Shown here one piece after another: positions 27,650 to 39,369 of a stretch of 64,000 nucleotides of DNA. The notes under the pieces are model-generated. The model did no database searches and had not been told where the DNA came from. It saw only the letters and a program-made list of their open reading frames with translations. Origin of the DNA: Octopus sinensis. Its lineage: Eukaryota. Numbering within the stretch: the first letter of the stretch is position 1; every line of letters starts with the position of its first letter. Position numbers and translations under genes: made by a program. The stretch spans positions 15,748,001 to 15,812,000 of the forward strand of contig NC_042999.1 in the NCBI RefSeq assembly GCF_006345805.1. The letters are read 5' to 3'.

Positions 27650-28013
27650 GTTTGTTTGTTTGTTGAGAGCCTCAGGACTGTCTGCAGTCCGAAACATGGT
27701 CCTTTGCTATTCGTAAGACCCGCAGAAGAGAAAGCAGGTCAACCCCCAACACCTAGAGCATCGACGGATAGATGCATGTGCATCCAGGCTCAGCAGTTGT
27801 GTAGGAAGTTGGGGACAAGAAACAGGAAGAAAGAGCAAGAGAAATTTGGAGTGAAAGAGAACAACAGGGGTCACCACCACCCCCTGCCGGAGCCTCGTGG
27901 AGCTTTTAGGTGTTTTCGCTCAATAAACACACACAATGCCCGGTCTGGGAATTGAAACCGCGACCCTCTGACCGCGAGACCGCTGCCCTAACCATTGGGC
28001 CATTGCGTCTCCA
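27650..28013 (-). mobile_element. tRNA-derived SINE family D inserted in gag, 14-bp TSD
   Basis: Head TGGCCCAATGGTTAGGGC...GGTTTCAATTCCC, (AACA)n tail, TSD CTTGCTGTTGCTTT at 27636-27649 and 28014-28027. Confidence 0.9.
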
Positions 28014-28135
28014 CTTGCTGTTGCTTTTGCAACTGTACCTTGGAAGTTAATAGATCTTCCATTATTTAACAAGTTGTGTAACGAACAAATTGTTGAATCA
28101 CCTACATGAGCTTCAAAACCCTCATTGCCAATAAA

Positions 28136-28370
28136 TGAGATAACCAAACAGTAAAAACAATGTAATGAACTAACAAATCTCTTTACAAACTAACAATCAA
28201 TATTCCTTGTGAACTAACCAACTGATACCTTCTGACTTCACTACAAACTAACATGAACTTTGATTGACTTCAAACTCAGAACGTTAAACTCACTCAGATC
28301 GTTATTATTTATACTTTACTCTGCCCAGTCTATCTCTCACAAGGGGGGGCATTATAATTTCGTCACAACA
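28136..28370 (-). repeat. Putative 5' LTR of the Gypsy element, with PBS-like TGGCAATGAGG at 28120-28130
   Basis: Starts TGTTGTGACG and ends CA, followed after 5 nt by a TGGCGACGAGG-like site. Confidence 0.6.
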
Positions 28371-28373
28371 GTA

Positions 28374-28471
28374 ATTTTGGTAAATAGAGCTGTTAAAATG
28401 AGATGTCAGTGTTATTTTCATTTTTGTGAAAATTAGATGACAGTTTAGATAATTAGATGACTTCACCCTAC
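28374..28471 (+). mobile_element. Right-end fragment of a maT-type element
   Basis: aattttggtaaat...aaaatgagatgtcagtg.tattttcatttttg matches 19300-19389. Confidence 0.7.
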
Positions 28472-28809
28472 ATACAGATATATATATATATCAAATATAC
28501 AAATATGTGTTTTTATATATATACACATATGAACACACACATAGTCATACATATTTAAAACATGTTTACTATCATCATCATTTTAACATCTACTTTACCA
28601 TATTTGCATGGGTCAGATGGAATCTGGTGAGGCAGATTTTCTATTACATTATACATGCATTTTATATATATATATATGTATATGATGATGTATATATACT
28701 TGTAATTTATATTTATACATATAGCATATGAGGTGGAAGGTGCTAGTATAAATACATCACTGCTCTATGCCTTAAAGTGTGCTACTTTTTCGGATATATA
28801 ATACACTCA

Positions 28810-28860
<51 letters not shown>

Positions 28861-28969
28861 ATCAAAATGGTTTGATTTAGACTCCTTGGTACTCTGAGTT
28901 TCAAGCATGTTGAGTACCTTTCTTTTATTTGTCTACCCACTCGTATGTATTATATATATACACACATAT

Positions 28970-29031
<62 letters not shown>

Positions 29032-29045
29032 TTAAAATTGATATG

Positions 29046-29235
29046 TCATCATCATTTAAAAGTTTATATTGCATGCTGGTATGGGTTGGATGATTTTACA
29101 GGATCCAACTAACCTGGGAAATGAATTGGTCTCCAATGTCTGCTTTGGCAAAGTTTCTATAGTTGGATGCCCTTCCTAATGCCAGCCACTTTACAGAGTG
29201 TACTGGGTGCTTTTTATTTGTGGCAGGAGCACTAT
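29046..29235 (-). mobile_element. SINE family A, old copy
   Basis: ggatgcccttcctaatgccagcc core and catcatcatttaa tail. Confidence 0.7.
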
Positions 29236-29479
29236 TGAAATCACCAAGTAACTCACAACACAGGACTGTTTGACAGTGTGGAGGTGCTTTTATGCCACAT
29301 GCTAAGAATTAAAGTGTGAAAGAGGGTCAGGAACAGTTGCCTTGCTGTAGAAGAGATTCATGGCTACTACACCAGGAAAGGGGAAAAAGATGGCAGAGAG
29401 CATACTCTCAAGGTACAAGAAAGACAACAAAGAAAAAATAGGGACAGAGAAATGATCAAGGGTAGCTAGGTAGGTTCCT

Positions 29480-29547
<68 letters not shown>

Positions 29548-29749
29548 TTGTAGAGATGTGGACACAAGTGAAAGCAATGAAATGAGGGTGTGGGCAGTGG
29601 TGAGTTTCACTTTGCAGAAATGTAAGGAAAATAGGAATGGATCATGGAAGATGAAGTGATGGGTGGTAATACAGAAAAAAGAAAGAGGGTAGAGATGGGG
29701 GAAAGGAGAGGCAAAAAAATAAGTGTTAAAAAATTGCTAAAGCAAGGGT

Positions 29750-30000
29750 AGTGTACTGACAGAATTGTTAGAGCAAGTGCAGTGTATTAACAGAATTATT
29801 AGGGCAAGGGTGGTACTTCAGCAGAATTGGTAGAGTACTGGACGTAACATTTCACAGTATTCCTTCCAACTCTTAACATTCTGAGTTCAATTCCTGCTGA
29901 GGTGAACCCTGCCTTTCATCTCTTCAGGGTCAATAAAATTAAGTGCTAGTTAAGTGCTGAGGGCAACGGTATCTATGAATCCCTCCCCTTAAAAACTGAC
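29750..30000 (+). mobile_element. SINE family C, decayed, with triplicated head
   Basis: Three cagaattg/attag units, GAGTTCAATTCC, and ctgcctttcatc. Confidence 0.65.
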
Positions 30001-30211
30001 CTTGTATCTTGATTAGACACAATTATATTTCCTAAGTGTACTCATGAACTCAGATTGCTTAAGTGTGTCCTTATGATCTTGTCATTCAAGATTGTTTACT
30101 ATTTTACTAACACACTGAAGCAAATGAGAAGCAAAATTTTTAAAACCCAAAAAGAAATGATAAATTGATGCAGAATACTTAGTTTTAAATCGCACAAAAT
30201 TACAACAATAT

Positions 30212-30560
30212 AGATGTGCGGTTAAGAAGCTCACTTTCCAGCCATGTGGTTTCAGATTTAGTCCCACTGCAAGACAACTTCAGCAGGCATCTTCTCCTAT
30301 AACCACATGCGGACCAATATCACAAAACCAAATTTGGTTGTTGGTAACAGTATGGAAGCCTGTTCTGTGTGTGAGAGTGTGTCTTTGGGTCTGTGTTTCT
30401 TCTCAATTCCACCACTTGACAACCAGTGTAAGTTTGTTTGCATCCCTGTACTTTAGTGGTTAGGCAAAATAGAATAGGAACCTGATTTTAAAATAAGTCC
30501 TGGGCAGGGGAGGGGGGCAATCTGTTTGAATAAAACCCTTTAAAGTAGTGCCCCAGCAAA
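30212..30560 (+). mobile_element. SINE family B, decayed
   Basis: Colinear with 11990-12405 (gttaagaagctcact...agtcccactgc...cttgacaacc...gtgccccagc). Confidence 0.7.
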
Positions 30561-30695
30561 TCCATACAAGCATACATAGATGTTTGTGTGTGACAGAGAA
30601 ATAGCATATATCTATTATATTTTCCTATCCATGGAATGTGAGAAACATATGTACTTTGTTTGAGCATGACTGCATATATATATATATATATATAA

Positions 30696-30955
30696 AATTT
30701 AAAAATAGGATAAAATCTTTATAAGAATTTATCAAGTAGTTAGCGTGAAAAACCTCATAAGAGAAAAAATCTACCAATTTTTTCACTTAAATATATTCAG
30801 CAAGCGTCTTCTAAAACCATTATTATATATTGCCCTCTATATAAAATAAATAAATGTATTTAAGTGAAAAAATTGGTGGATTTTTTTCTCTTATGAGGTT
30901 TTTCACGCTGACTACTTGATAAATTCTTATAAAGATTTTATCCTATTTTTAAATT
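30696..30955. repeat. Inverted repeat, ~98-bp arms with a 63-nt spacer
   Basis: 30696-30793 is the reverse complement of 30857-30955, with about 3 differences. Confidence 0.92.
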
Positions 30956-31160
30956 GTAAATTTAACCGGAATATATTCAGTACTGAATTTTTATTCCGAA
31001 TAAGCATGTTGTTACTGAAATGCAATTCGAAAAAGTCCACCATTTACATAGATGTATAAGCCAGTATAAGGGGTGAACATTTCTATATACTACGTTGAAT
31101 ACGATGGTTGTTCATCTGGTATGTTGATTTTGTTCATTCATTATAAATCTTGAATTATGT

Positions 31161-31220
31161 TTGTACTGATGAGTAAAGAGTGTGACACTGCACTGATTAT
31201 GAAATCACAGTGATCTGCAG
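31161..31220 (+). ncRNA. Type I hammerhead with a 4-bp stem III
   Basis: UUGUA CUGAUGA GUAA..AGUG..CACU..UUAU GAA AUCA cag UGAU C UGCAG. The site is AUC. Confidence 0.7.
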
Positions 31221-31968
31221 CTAAATTCTGTTTTTAAATGACTTGCTTTCAGAGTTGCATCTGGTACAATATGTTTATTTATTTTAGTAGTTTTGACTTT
31301 AAGAGTCTCTCCTAACGTGTGACATTTATGTGTAGTAATGCCCTCTATATAATATATATTTTTATATATATATACAAAAGAATATAAGGATAAAAATCAT
31401 ATTAATGATTTTTATCAAGTAGTCAGCATGCTATAAAAATTTATAGGCAATTAAGTTAATAATAATGTACATATGTATATAATTACATTAAGGGAGATCA
31501 GGCAAAAACGACCTTTCTCCAGCATGGTTAAAGTACCAATATCTTCAAAAAACTACCAAAATCTCCAACTTAATATACACATGGCTGAAAGCCGGATAGT
31601 GAGAGAAAATTAAAAAGACCTCACTTTAATTGTCAATTGGTTCCAATTTCTGGATTAAAGCAAAAGATAAGCTTTCTTCCACCATCAACACAATACACAA
31701 TGTGGAAATATAATTCCAAGTAATTGTACATATTGTCCAAAGCAAGTTCACACAGCTACATACAAACATTTGCACTAGCTTTTTGAAGGTACCGGCACTT
31801 CAAGCATGCTGGAGACAGGTTGTTTTCGCCCTAAATATATATATATATATAAGTTCAGCAAAAATTTAGATTCAAATGAATATAGTACTTAATTTAGACG
31901 CACCAGAATTCTGTATGGTGTTATCCATAAAAATCCGTGCATTTTGTATTTATGGAAAACCTCTATAA

Positions 31969-32054
31969 TTGGCTGATAAGTGCTCAGCATTTTAAAACTG
32001 TTGTAATACTTACAACATTTAATAAAATGATGTAGTACGAAACAATCGTACCGA
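31969..32054 (+). ncRNA. Hammerhead of the 7-kb family with a G8A core change; host element about 31850-32090
   Basis: UUGG CUGAUAA GUGCU...AGUAC GAAAC AAUC GUA CCGA. Confidence 0.6.
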
Positions 32055-32115
32055 ATTACCGGAGTCATTCTTGTTGCTTATTTTGAGTATATATATATAT
32101 ATATATATATGTATA

Positions 32116-32235
32116 TCATCATCATCGTTTAACATCCATTTTCTATACTGGCATAGATTGGACAGTTTGACAAGGGGACTGGCAAGCCAGTAGGCTGTGC
32201 CAGGTTCCAATCTGATCTGGCAAGGTTTCTACAGC
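32116..32235 (-). mobile_element. SINE family A 3' part
   Basis: catcatcatcgtttaacatcc...atctgatctggcaaggtttctacagc. Confidence 0.8.
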
Positions 32236-32639
32236 TATGAAAAATGTATGGTGAATAAACAAATGACATGATGTATACTGAATGTATAAGCAGGAAACAA
32301 ACTTATACAAAGCAGGAAACAAACAAAAGAGCCATAAATCTTCATCAGTTATCGACCAATTGGCAATATTCAGTTTTGCACCTTTAACAAGACCTTTAAG
32401 ACCGAGTGCCTCCCAATTGGCGGTGCCCGCAAAAAAACTTTTCTTGCAGAGAATTAATCATGAGAGCAATACACAGACACACACACACACACACACACAC
32501 ACATAATACATACAACAACAATCTTTCTAGTCTTTATATTTTGATATATTTCTTTTGGTAAATATAATCTGTAAAAGATTATTGGAACATGCGTAATGAA
32601 AGACTCAGACTATTAATAACTTCTTTCCTGTGCTGATTT

Positions 32640-32910
32640 CAGTTCTATATTTAAGAGATGAGGAATTATGTACATTATTTACATTTGACGGATATTTGTC
32701 CTCATCTTGTTTGCTGTTAACACAACATTTCGGCTGATATACCCTCCAGCCTTCATCAGGTGTCTTGGGGAAATTTTGAAGCTGGGCTCTCATTCCTAAA
32801 GCATTTTTTGATGTTGTTATTATTATTATTATTATTCAGGTCACTGCCTGGAATTGAACTCAGAATCTTGGGGTTAGAAGCCCACGCTCTTAACCACTAC
32901 ATCATATGCC
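32640..32910 (-). mobile_element. tRNA-headed SINE-like element carrying a hammerhead (family E)
   Basis: A box TAGTGGTTAAGA (32888-32899), B box GAGTTCAATTCC (32850-32861), an (AAT)n linker, then the HHR. Confidence 0.75.
32718..32766 (-). ncRNA. Minimal type I hammerhead
   Basis: GACAC CUGAUGA A GGCUG-10nt-CAGCC GAAA UG UU GUGUU. Stem I is GACAC/GUGUU. Confidence 0.75.
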
Positions 32911-34500
32911 TGTGACAATTCCATCATAATACTTTCGGCCGACAAGGGAAATGCTACAGTGGTGATGACCAAGTCTGACTAATTCGAAAAACTGGCAAGT
33001 CTTATAAGTGATGGTAGCTACAGCAAAGTAAAGAAAGACCCTACTTTGAAAACAGAGAGGAAGTTGTCACAGATCTTGATCAAGAACAAGGATCACTTTA
33101 CACCAATGAAGTACAGACAACTGACTCAACACTACAGCAAACTACCACACATGTACGGTCTTCCTAAGATTCACAAGGTTGGTATTCCATTAAGACCTAT
33201 AGTGGGCTGTAGAGGTTCAGCATGTCATCCACTGAGCTGCTTCCTTGTGGATATAATCAGTCCATTAGAAGGAAAGTCAACATTGTGCGTGAAGAATTCC
33301 ACCCACTTCACAGAATTCATCAAGGATACCCCCATTGAATCCAACCAGATGGTGAGTCTAGATGTGATAAGTCTGTTCACAAAAGTCCCAACTGATGAAG
33401 CACTATTGGTGATTCAAGAAAAACTAGTGACAGACACCCATCTAAAAGAACACACTAGTATACCAATAAGAAACTTGATGGAAATGTTGACCTTGTATAG
33501 AAACTACCTACTTCAGTATGGACACTGATATATATCGAGAAGAAGAGGGTTTAGCTATGGGTTCGCCATTATCACCGACAATAGCCAATATATACATGGA
33601 ATACTTTGAGAATTTGGCTTTGGGGTCAACACCACTAAAACCAAACACTATGGCTGCAATATGTTGATGACGCCTTCATGCTCTGGCCCCACCAGGAAGA
33701 TGTCCAAAAAGTCCAATACACACCAAGTATGGATTCAGGACATCTGTACACTGCAAGCTGACTTTCACTGGATGATACCTCAACTTCAACTCCCACCATC
33801 CATACAATGTAAAGAGAGGGATTGCTCAGTGCCTAAAGCATCAAGCAATGAATATTAGAGATAGTGATACCCACCACAAAGAAATAATCAAGCTCAGTAA
33901 CAATCTATTAAGCAACAACTACCCCAAAATCACACTCTCCACTCCAATTATGAAGAATAGGGAGGATGAAACCGAGAAAATGTCCACAGTCTGTCTACCC
34001 TATGTGAAAGGCCTCCCCGAAAAGATACAAAAGATATGCAGCCCATATGACAACAGGACAGTATTCAAAAGTAATACAACACTTTGCAAATATCTCCTTT
34101 GAGTAAAATCACCAATAGAAGAGAATATGACTAAGAACTGCAGTACTCCATTCCATGCAGCTGTGGTAGGTTATACAAAGGCAAAACATGTCGCCCCCTC
34201 AAAATAAGGGTAGATGAACATCGCAAAGCTTTCACATGGGGAGATATTGATAAACTGGGTATAGCTGATCATGTATGGAAAAATGGAGACCACCTCCCCC
34301 TGTGGGATGAAGTTAAAATAACAGACAGAGAACACCAGTGGAAAATACGAAAACTAAAAGAAGCAGCACATATGCTAAGATACAACCTCCTAAGCAGACT
34401 GAGTGCAGATATGAACAGCATATGGGAACCGGTATTAAGGAAAGATAGGAGAATATTAGATTTTGTCAAAAAGATCAAAAAGGATGAAGGTGATCATATA
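32911..34500 (+). mobile_element. 5'-truncated Penelope-like element (RT and GIY-YIG), decayed
   Basis: IILSADKGNATVVM; YGLPKIHK...PLRPIV; SLDVISLFTKVP; GLAMGSPLSPTIANIYME; endonuclease YSIPCSCGRLYKGKTCRPLKIRVDEH. Confidence 0.9.
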
Positions 34501-34995
34501 TAAATGGATACACATGCATTGGAATCATAGGTAGGTTAACAAAACAAAAAACAAAAAAACTGAGAATGGGGACTTTGCATGAGGCAAATACGAAGAAACA
34601 AACACAAAGAACACACAGGAAACAGGTTTTCTCAAATACCCAGGAGAGTCCCTTCAGATAGTAGCTAGTTTCTGTTACTTCTGTTACCTTGTTAAGCTAA
34701 TTAGCAACAGAGGAGGGTGTTCTGAAAGTACCAAAGAATATATAAGATGGAGAAAGTGCAGGGAGCTTTATCTCTGTTGGTTAAAAAAAAAAGTTTTTCT
34801 CTCAGAATGAAAAGGCAGACTATATGATGCTTGTTTACATACTGCACTACAAAATAATATTGAGACATGGGCAGTGAATAAGAAGACTGGAAGGAAATGA
34901 AGCAAGCATACTTTTGTGAATGCACAATATCTGTAGACATGAACAACAGAGTTGTTCACAGACCCAAAGATACATACACACACACACACACACAA

Positions 34996-35145
34996 CAGGC
35001 TTCCATACAGTTTCCATCTACCAAATTTGGTTATGAGATATTGGTCCACATGTGGTTATAGAAGAAGATGCTTGCTGAAGTTGTCTTGCAGTGGGACTAA
35101 ATCTGAAACCACATGGCTGGAAAGTGAGCTTCTTAACCACACATC
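34996..35145 (-). mobile_element. SINE family B 5' part
   Basis: acaggcttccatacagtttccatctacc...gggactaaatctgaaacc...cttcttaaccac. Confidence 0.7.
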
Positions 35146-35885
35146 TATATTGTTGTAGTTGTGTGTGATTTAAAACTAAGTATTCTCCTTCATTTTATCA
35201 TTTCTTTTGGGGTTTTTAAAATTTTGTTTCTCATTTGTTTCAATGTGTTAGTAAAATAAGATGAACCAGAAGTAGTATGCATGAGAGAAGACTTCACGGG
35301 GGTGAGTATGTGATGCATATGGACGAGGACAGCTGTATGGAGAAATGCTGATCCTTTACAAGCAAAAATTGTGAAAGACAAAGGACAAACTGGTAATGGT
35401 TTGTCACTATAAAGGAAATGACAAAGGAACAAGTTAAACAGTGATATGCAGTACTGTGCTCAAGGGGACACCCCCATCTGAGGTAAATGATGAAAATGAA
35501 GTACAAAAAGCATAAAGTATACGTTCATGACTGGTCCCCCACTCATTTGATATGTCCCTGTCAAACCGACACCTGGTGTTCTCCTTAGCCCCTCATTACA
35601 TTATTAATCAGTCTTGTGTATTATTTTATCAAATCCTCATTCTTTCTTTACTGCCAGTCATCATTTTCTCTTAATTGAGCTACTTCCCATTTTCACCTAT
35701 GACAGATTTTTAACAATGTCCCCACCTTCCATTGACCATATTTTCTGTGCTACCAGTCACTACTCACTTTCCTTTGAGCCATTTTCTGTTAACATCCACC
35801 CCTCATTTACAACACAGTTACCTTTGCCGCGCGCGCGCGTGTGTGTGTGTATGTATGTATGTGAGTGAGTGAGCAAGCAAGCGAG

Positions 35886-35927
<42 letters not shown>

Positions 35928-36756
35928 TGTGAGAGTGCATGTGTGCGTGTGGTAAAATGATATCAAAACTAATCTCAGAAGTAATCCAGTGAAGCAAGCA
36001 AAGCTGAGATTCTGAAGTTGAATCCAGAGGAAGTTCACGTAGGTGTTGAGAATATCTTGAGTAAAGGCCATAAGCATTAACAAATACTATACAAAAAGAA
36101 AAAAAAAACCGCTTGATAAAAAATTATGTTAATTTAATGCATCAATGGAGAGAGAAAATGTTAGTGTCTTAGAAGTTGAAAAGATTAGAAAACATGTAGG
36201 AATACTGTCCTACAGATGGAGTTAAAAATGGGCGGAAGGAGTGTGTAAGTGCATGTACTGGGATGCATCTGTGTCTGGAAGTGTGTGCACATGTGTTCAC
36301 ATGTATGTGTGTGTGGTGTATGTATGTGTATAAATGTGTGTGCAAGTATAAGAATTAGTAGGACTAGGGTTCGTGGTGTGTGGGAGTAATTAATTATTAA
36401 GTGGGTAGAGCAGAAATGTGTGAAGTGTTGTGGGGTTGGCAAAGCAAAGAGTGAGTCATGGTGAAGCAGAAGTGTTGGACAGAAGAAAGAATTGGCGATT
36501 CAAAGACTTCAGCGAAAATAAGGAGAGCCAAAGTGAAAGTGTACACTTGCACAGATTTATAGATATACATACATCACACTAGCACACACACACAAACCTA
36601 TACGTACGCACACACATTATTCCATTTAATGCTTGCTTCCAGACTCAGATATACACACAAACATGCATCTACACATCTTCCTCTTCTTCTTTTCTTAGCT
36701 CCTGCTCAATAAACAACATTCTCACATGCTTTCTAACCTTCCTCTTGAGTTCTTCA

Positions 36757-37150
<394 letters not shown>

Positions 37151-37484
37151 TAATAAGGATCTAATGCTGTAATAGCTTAGTGTCAGGAGCCCATGGATTT
37201 TCAATACATTCCTGTAGAACCTTATGAATCTACAAAACACAGATGTGAATGTATTCAAAAACACAGAGACCAATCTTTATCTCAGATACATGATGAGTCA
37301 ATGTTATGAGCTTCTTTCAGTTTCTTTGATTAGTCTGGAACTATAGTACAAGACACTTGCCCAAGGCACCACACAGTGGAGCTGAACCCAATACCAAGTG
37401 GTTGAGAATCAAACTACTTAACACACAGCTAGATCTATGCAAAATGATGATATTTATATTTATAAATATCACTGTCAATATATT

Positions 37485-37715
37485 ATTTCTTTTCTACCCA
37501 CAAGGGGCTAAACACAGAGGGAACAAACAAGGACAGGCAAACGGATTAAGTCGATTACATCGAGCCCAGTGTGAAACTGGTACTTAATTTATCGACCATG
37601 AAAGGATGAAAGGCAAAGTCGACCTCGGCGGAATTTGAACCCAGAACGTAACTGCAGACGAAATACGGTTACACATTTTGCCCGGCGTGCCAACGTTTCT
37701 GCCAGCTCGCCGCCC
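37485..37715 (-). mobile_element. Full SINE family C with 18-bp TSD
   Basis: TSD TATCACTGTCAATATATT at 37467-37484 and 37716-37733, tRNA-like head and GTCGACTTTGCCTTTCATCCTTTC. Confidence 0.9.
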
Positions 37716-37744
37716 TATCACTGTCAATATATTGCTAATATTTG

Positions 37745-37885
37745 GCATTAGGAAGGGCATCTAGCTGTAGAAACACTGCCAGATCAGACTGGGCCTGGCG
37801 CAGCCTTCTAGCTTCCCAGATCCCAGTTGAACCGACCAACCCATGCTAGCATGGAAAATGGACGTTAAATGATGATGATGATGAT
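37745..37885 (+). mobile_element. SINE family A 3' part
   Basis: ttggcattaggaagggcatc core and GAT tail. Confidence 0.85.
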
Positions 37886-38540
37886 ATTCTTCACCATTAA
37901 AGATCTTAGTATCTGTAATGGCTGTCTATCTCATTTCCTAGTGAGAATGAAATCTGACTTCAGTGTTCGCTACATTAGCAGGTGAGGAGTTGGTTGGCTA
38001 ATTTCTTGAAGATTGTGTTACAGTTTGTCAGACCAGTTGCATCCAAAAGCTTTACACCCTCTTCATTTTTCTTCCCATGTCTATAACCTCCATAGATATC
38101 ATGAAACAAATATCTTTCATAATCATCGGTTATGATAATGAAGTCACTGTCAAATGTCATTGAGGTTAGTAAGCAAGCAAGGTTCACATGGAAACAGCCC
38201 TTCTGTTCATCTGTCAATCCTGGCTGTGGAGTGTACTCGGAATGAATGTTGCTGTCGACTTGTCTATAACAAGCCCTATCTTAACCTATTGCACACACTG
38301 ACCACATCAATTATTTTATCAATTTCTAAGTTAACAGAATAACTATCCATGCCTACATGCATGTGTGTGTGTGCATATGTATGTGTGTGTATAAATGTAT
38401 ATGATGTATAATAAACATATATAAATATGCATATAAAAATATACATATATAAGTATAAACATAATGATAAATATACATATAAATATACATACATAAATAT
38501 AACACACACACACACACATGTATATAAATTAATATATATA

Positions 38541-39369
38541 TGGTTTGATCAATAAGTATCCGGACTGTTGCCATAGTAATGAAGTTAAAGCATGCAGAGT
38601 GAAGCTACTTGGCACAGATTGACCTTGAATTCTGTTGTGCATGCACACTAAGTTTTAACATTCAAGCTTACTTCCGTTGTTTACAGCAGTGCTTTGAAGT
38701 AAGGTGTGTAGCATGTGATCGTCACATTCATTATGACAGGGAAAGTTGTCATGGCAATATCTGCTCAGAAGCCTACACAAAGTTGCTGAAAGTGTATGGA
38801 GAGGAGTTTATGAGCCACACACAAGTGTATGAGTTTTCTGACGTTTCCAAGATGGCTGAAAAAATGTCAATATTGATAAACGTTCTGGGAGGCCTGCAAC
38901 CAGCAGAACTGCGAAAAGCATTGCAGATGTGCCTGCAGCTATGAGGGGAAATCATCGAATCACCATCCGTGAGTTATCAGAGGATATGCAGATTAGGTAC
39001 AGTTCAATTCAGTTCAGTCCATTATCACTGCAGATTTGGGTATGAGACACATACCTGCCAAGTTTGTGCCAAAACTGCTTTCAGTTGACCAAAAAGACAT
39101 TTGGATTTCAGTTACACAAGATCACTTTGATTGTGTTGAGAATGATGAAAACTTTGCATAGGCCTCTGAGCCAGTATTGCCAAGCTTTCTGATGCAGATT
39201 CTCTGCTCAATTTATTTGTTGTGGTCAATGCAACAATCATGCACTAAACACCTTCCTTCCAAGCACTGCTGTAAACAGTGGAAAAGAGCTAGAATGTTAA
39301 AACTTAGTGCGCATGCACAACAGAATTCAAGGTCAATCTGTGTCTGACAACTTCACTCTGCATGCTTTT
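38541..39369 (+). mobile_element. Mariner-derived non-autonomous element with ~140-bp subterminal inverted repeats
   Basis: Transposase N-terminus EAYTKLLKVYGEE...KRSGRP...RITIRELSED...AKFVPKLL. 38586-38725 pairs with about 39230-39369. Confidence 0.8.

Larger units (their letters stand above)
23960..28370 (-). mobile_element. Decayed Gypsy (Mag/K02A2.6-like) LTR retrotransposon, 3'-truncated
   Basis: Gag zinc knuckle CYGCGDIHFGKDC; protease Q*DTGSDISII; RT YNRLPFGLKVAPAIFQ...YLDD; RNase H SDASEYGIG; integrase WSRIHID...VSDNGTQF. No 3' LTR was found. Confidence 0.9.

Noticed and set aside
34555-34600. Expected PLE terminal hammerhead (CTGAGAATGGGGAC...)
   Set aside because: The core is mutated and the 3' half is absent, so it cannot be supported.
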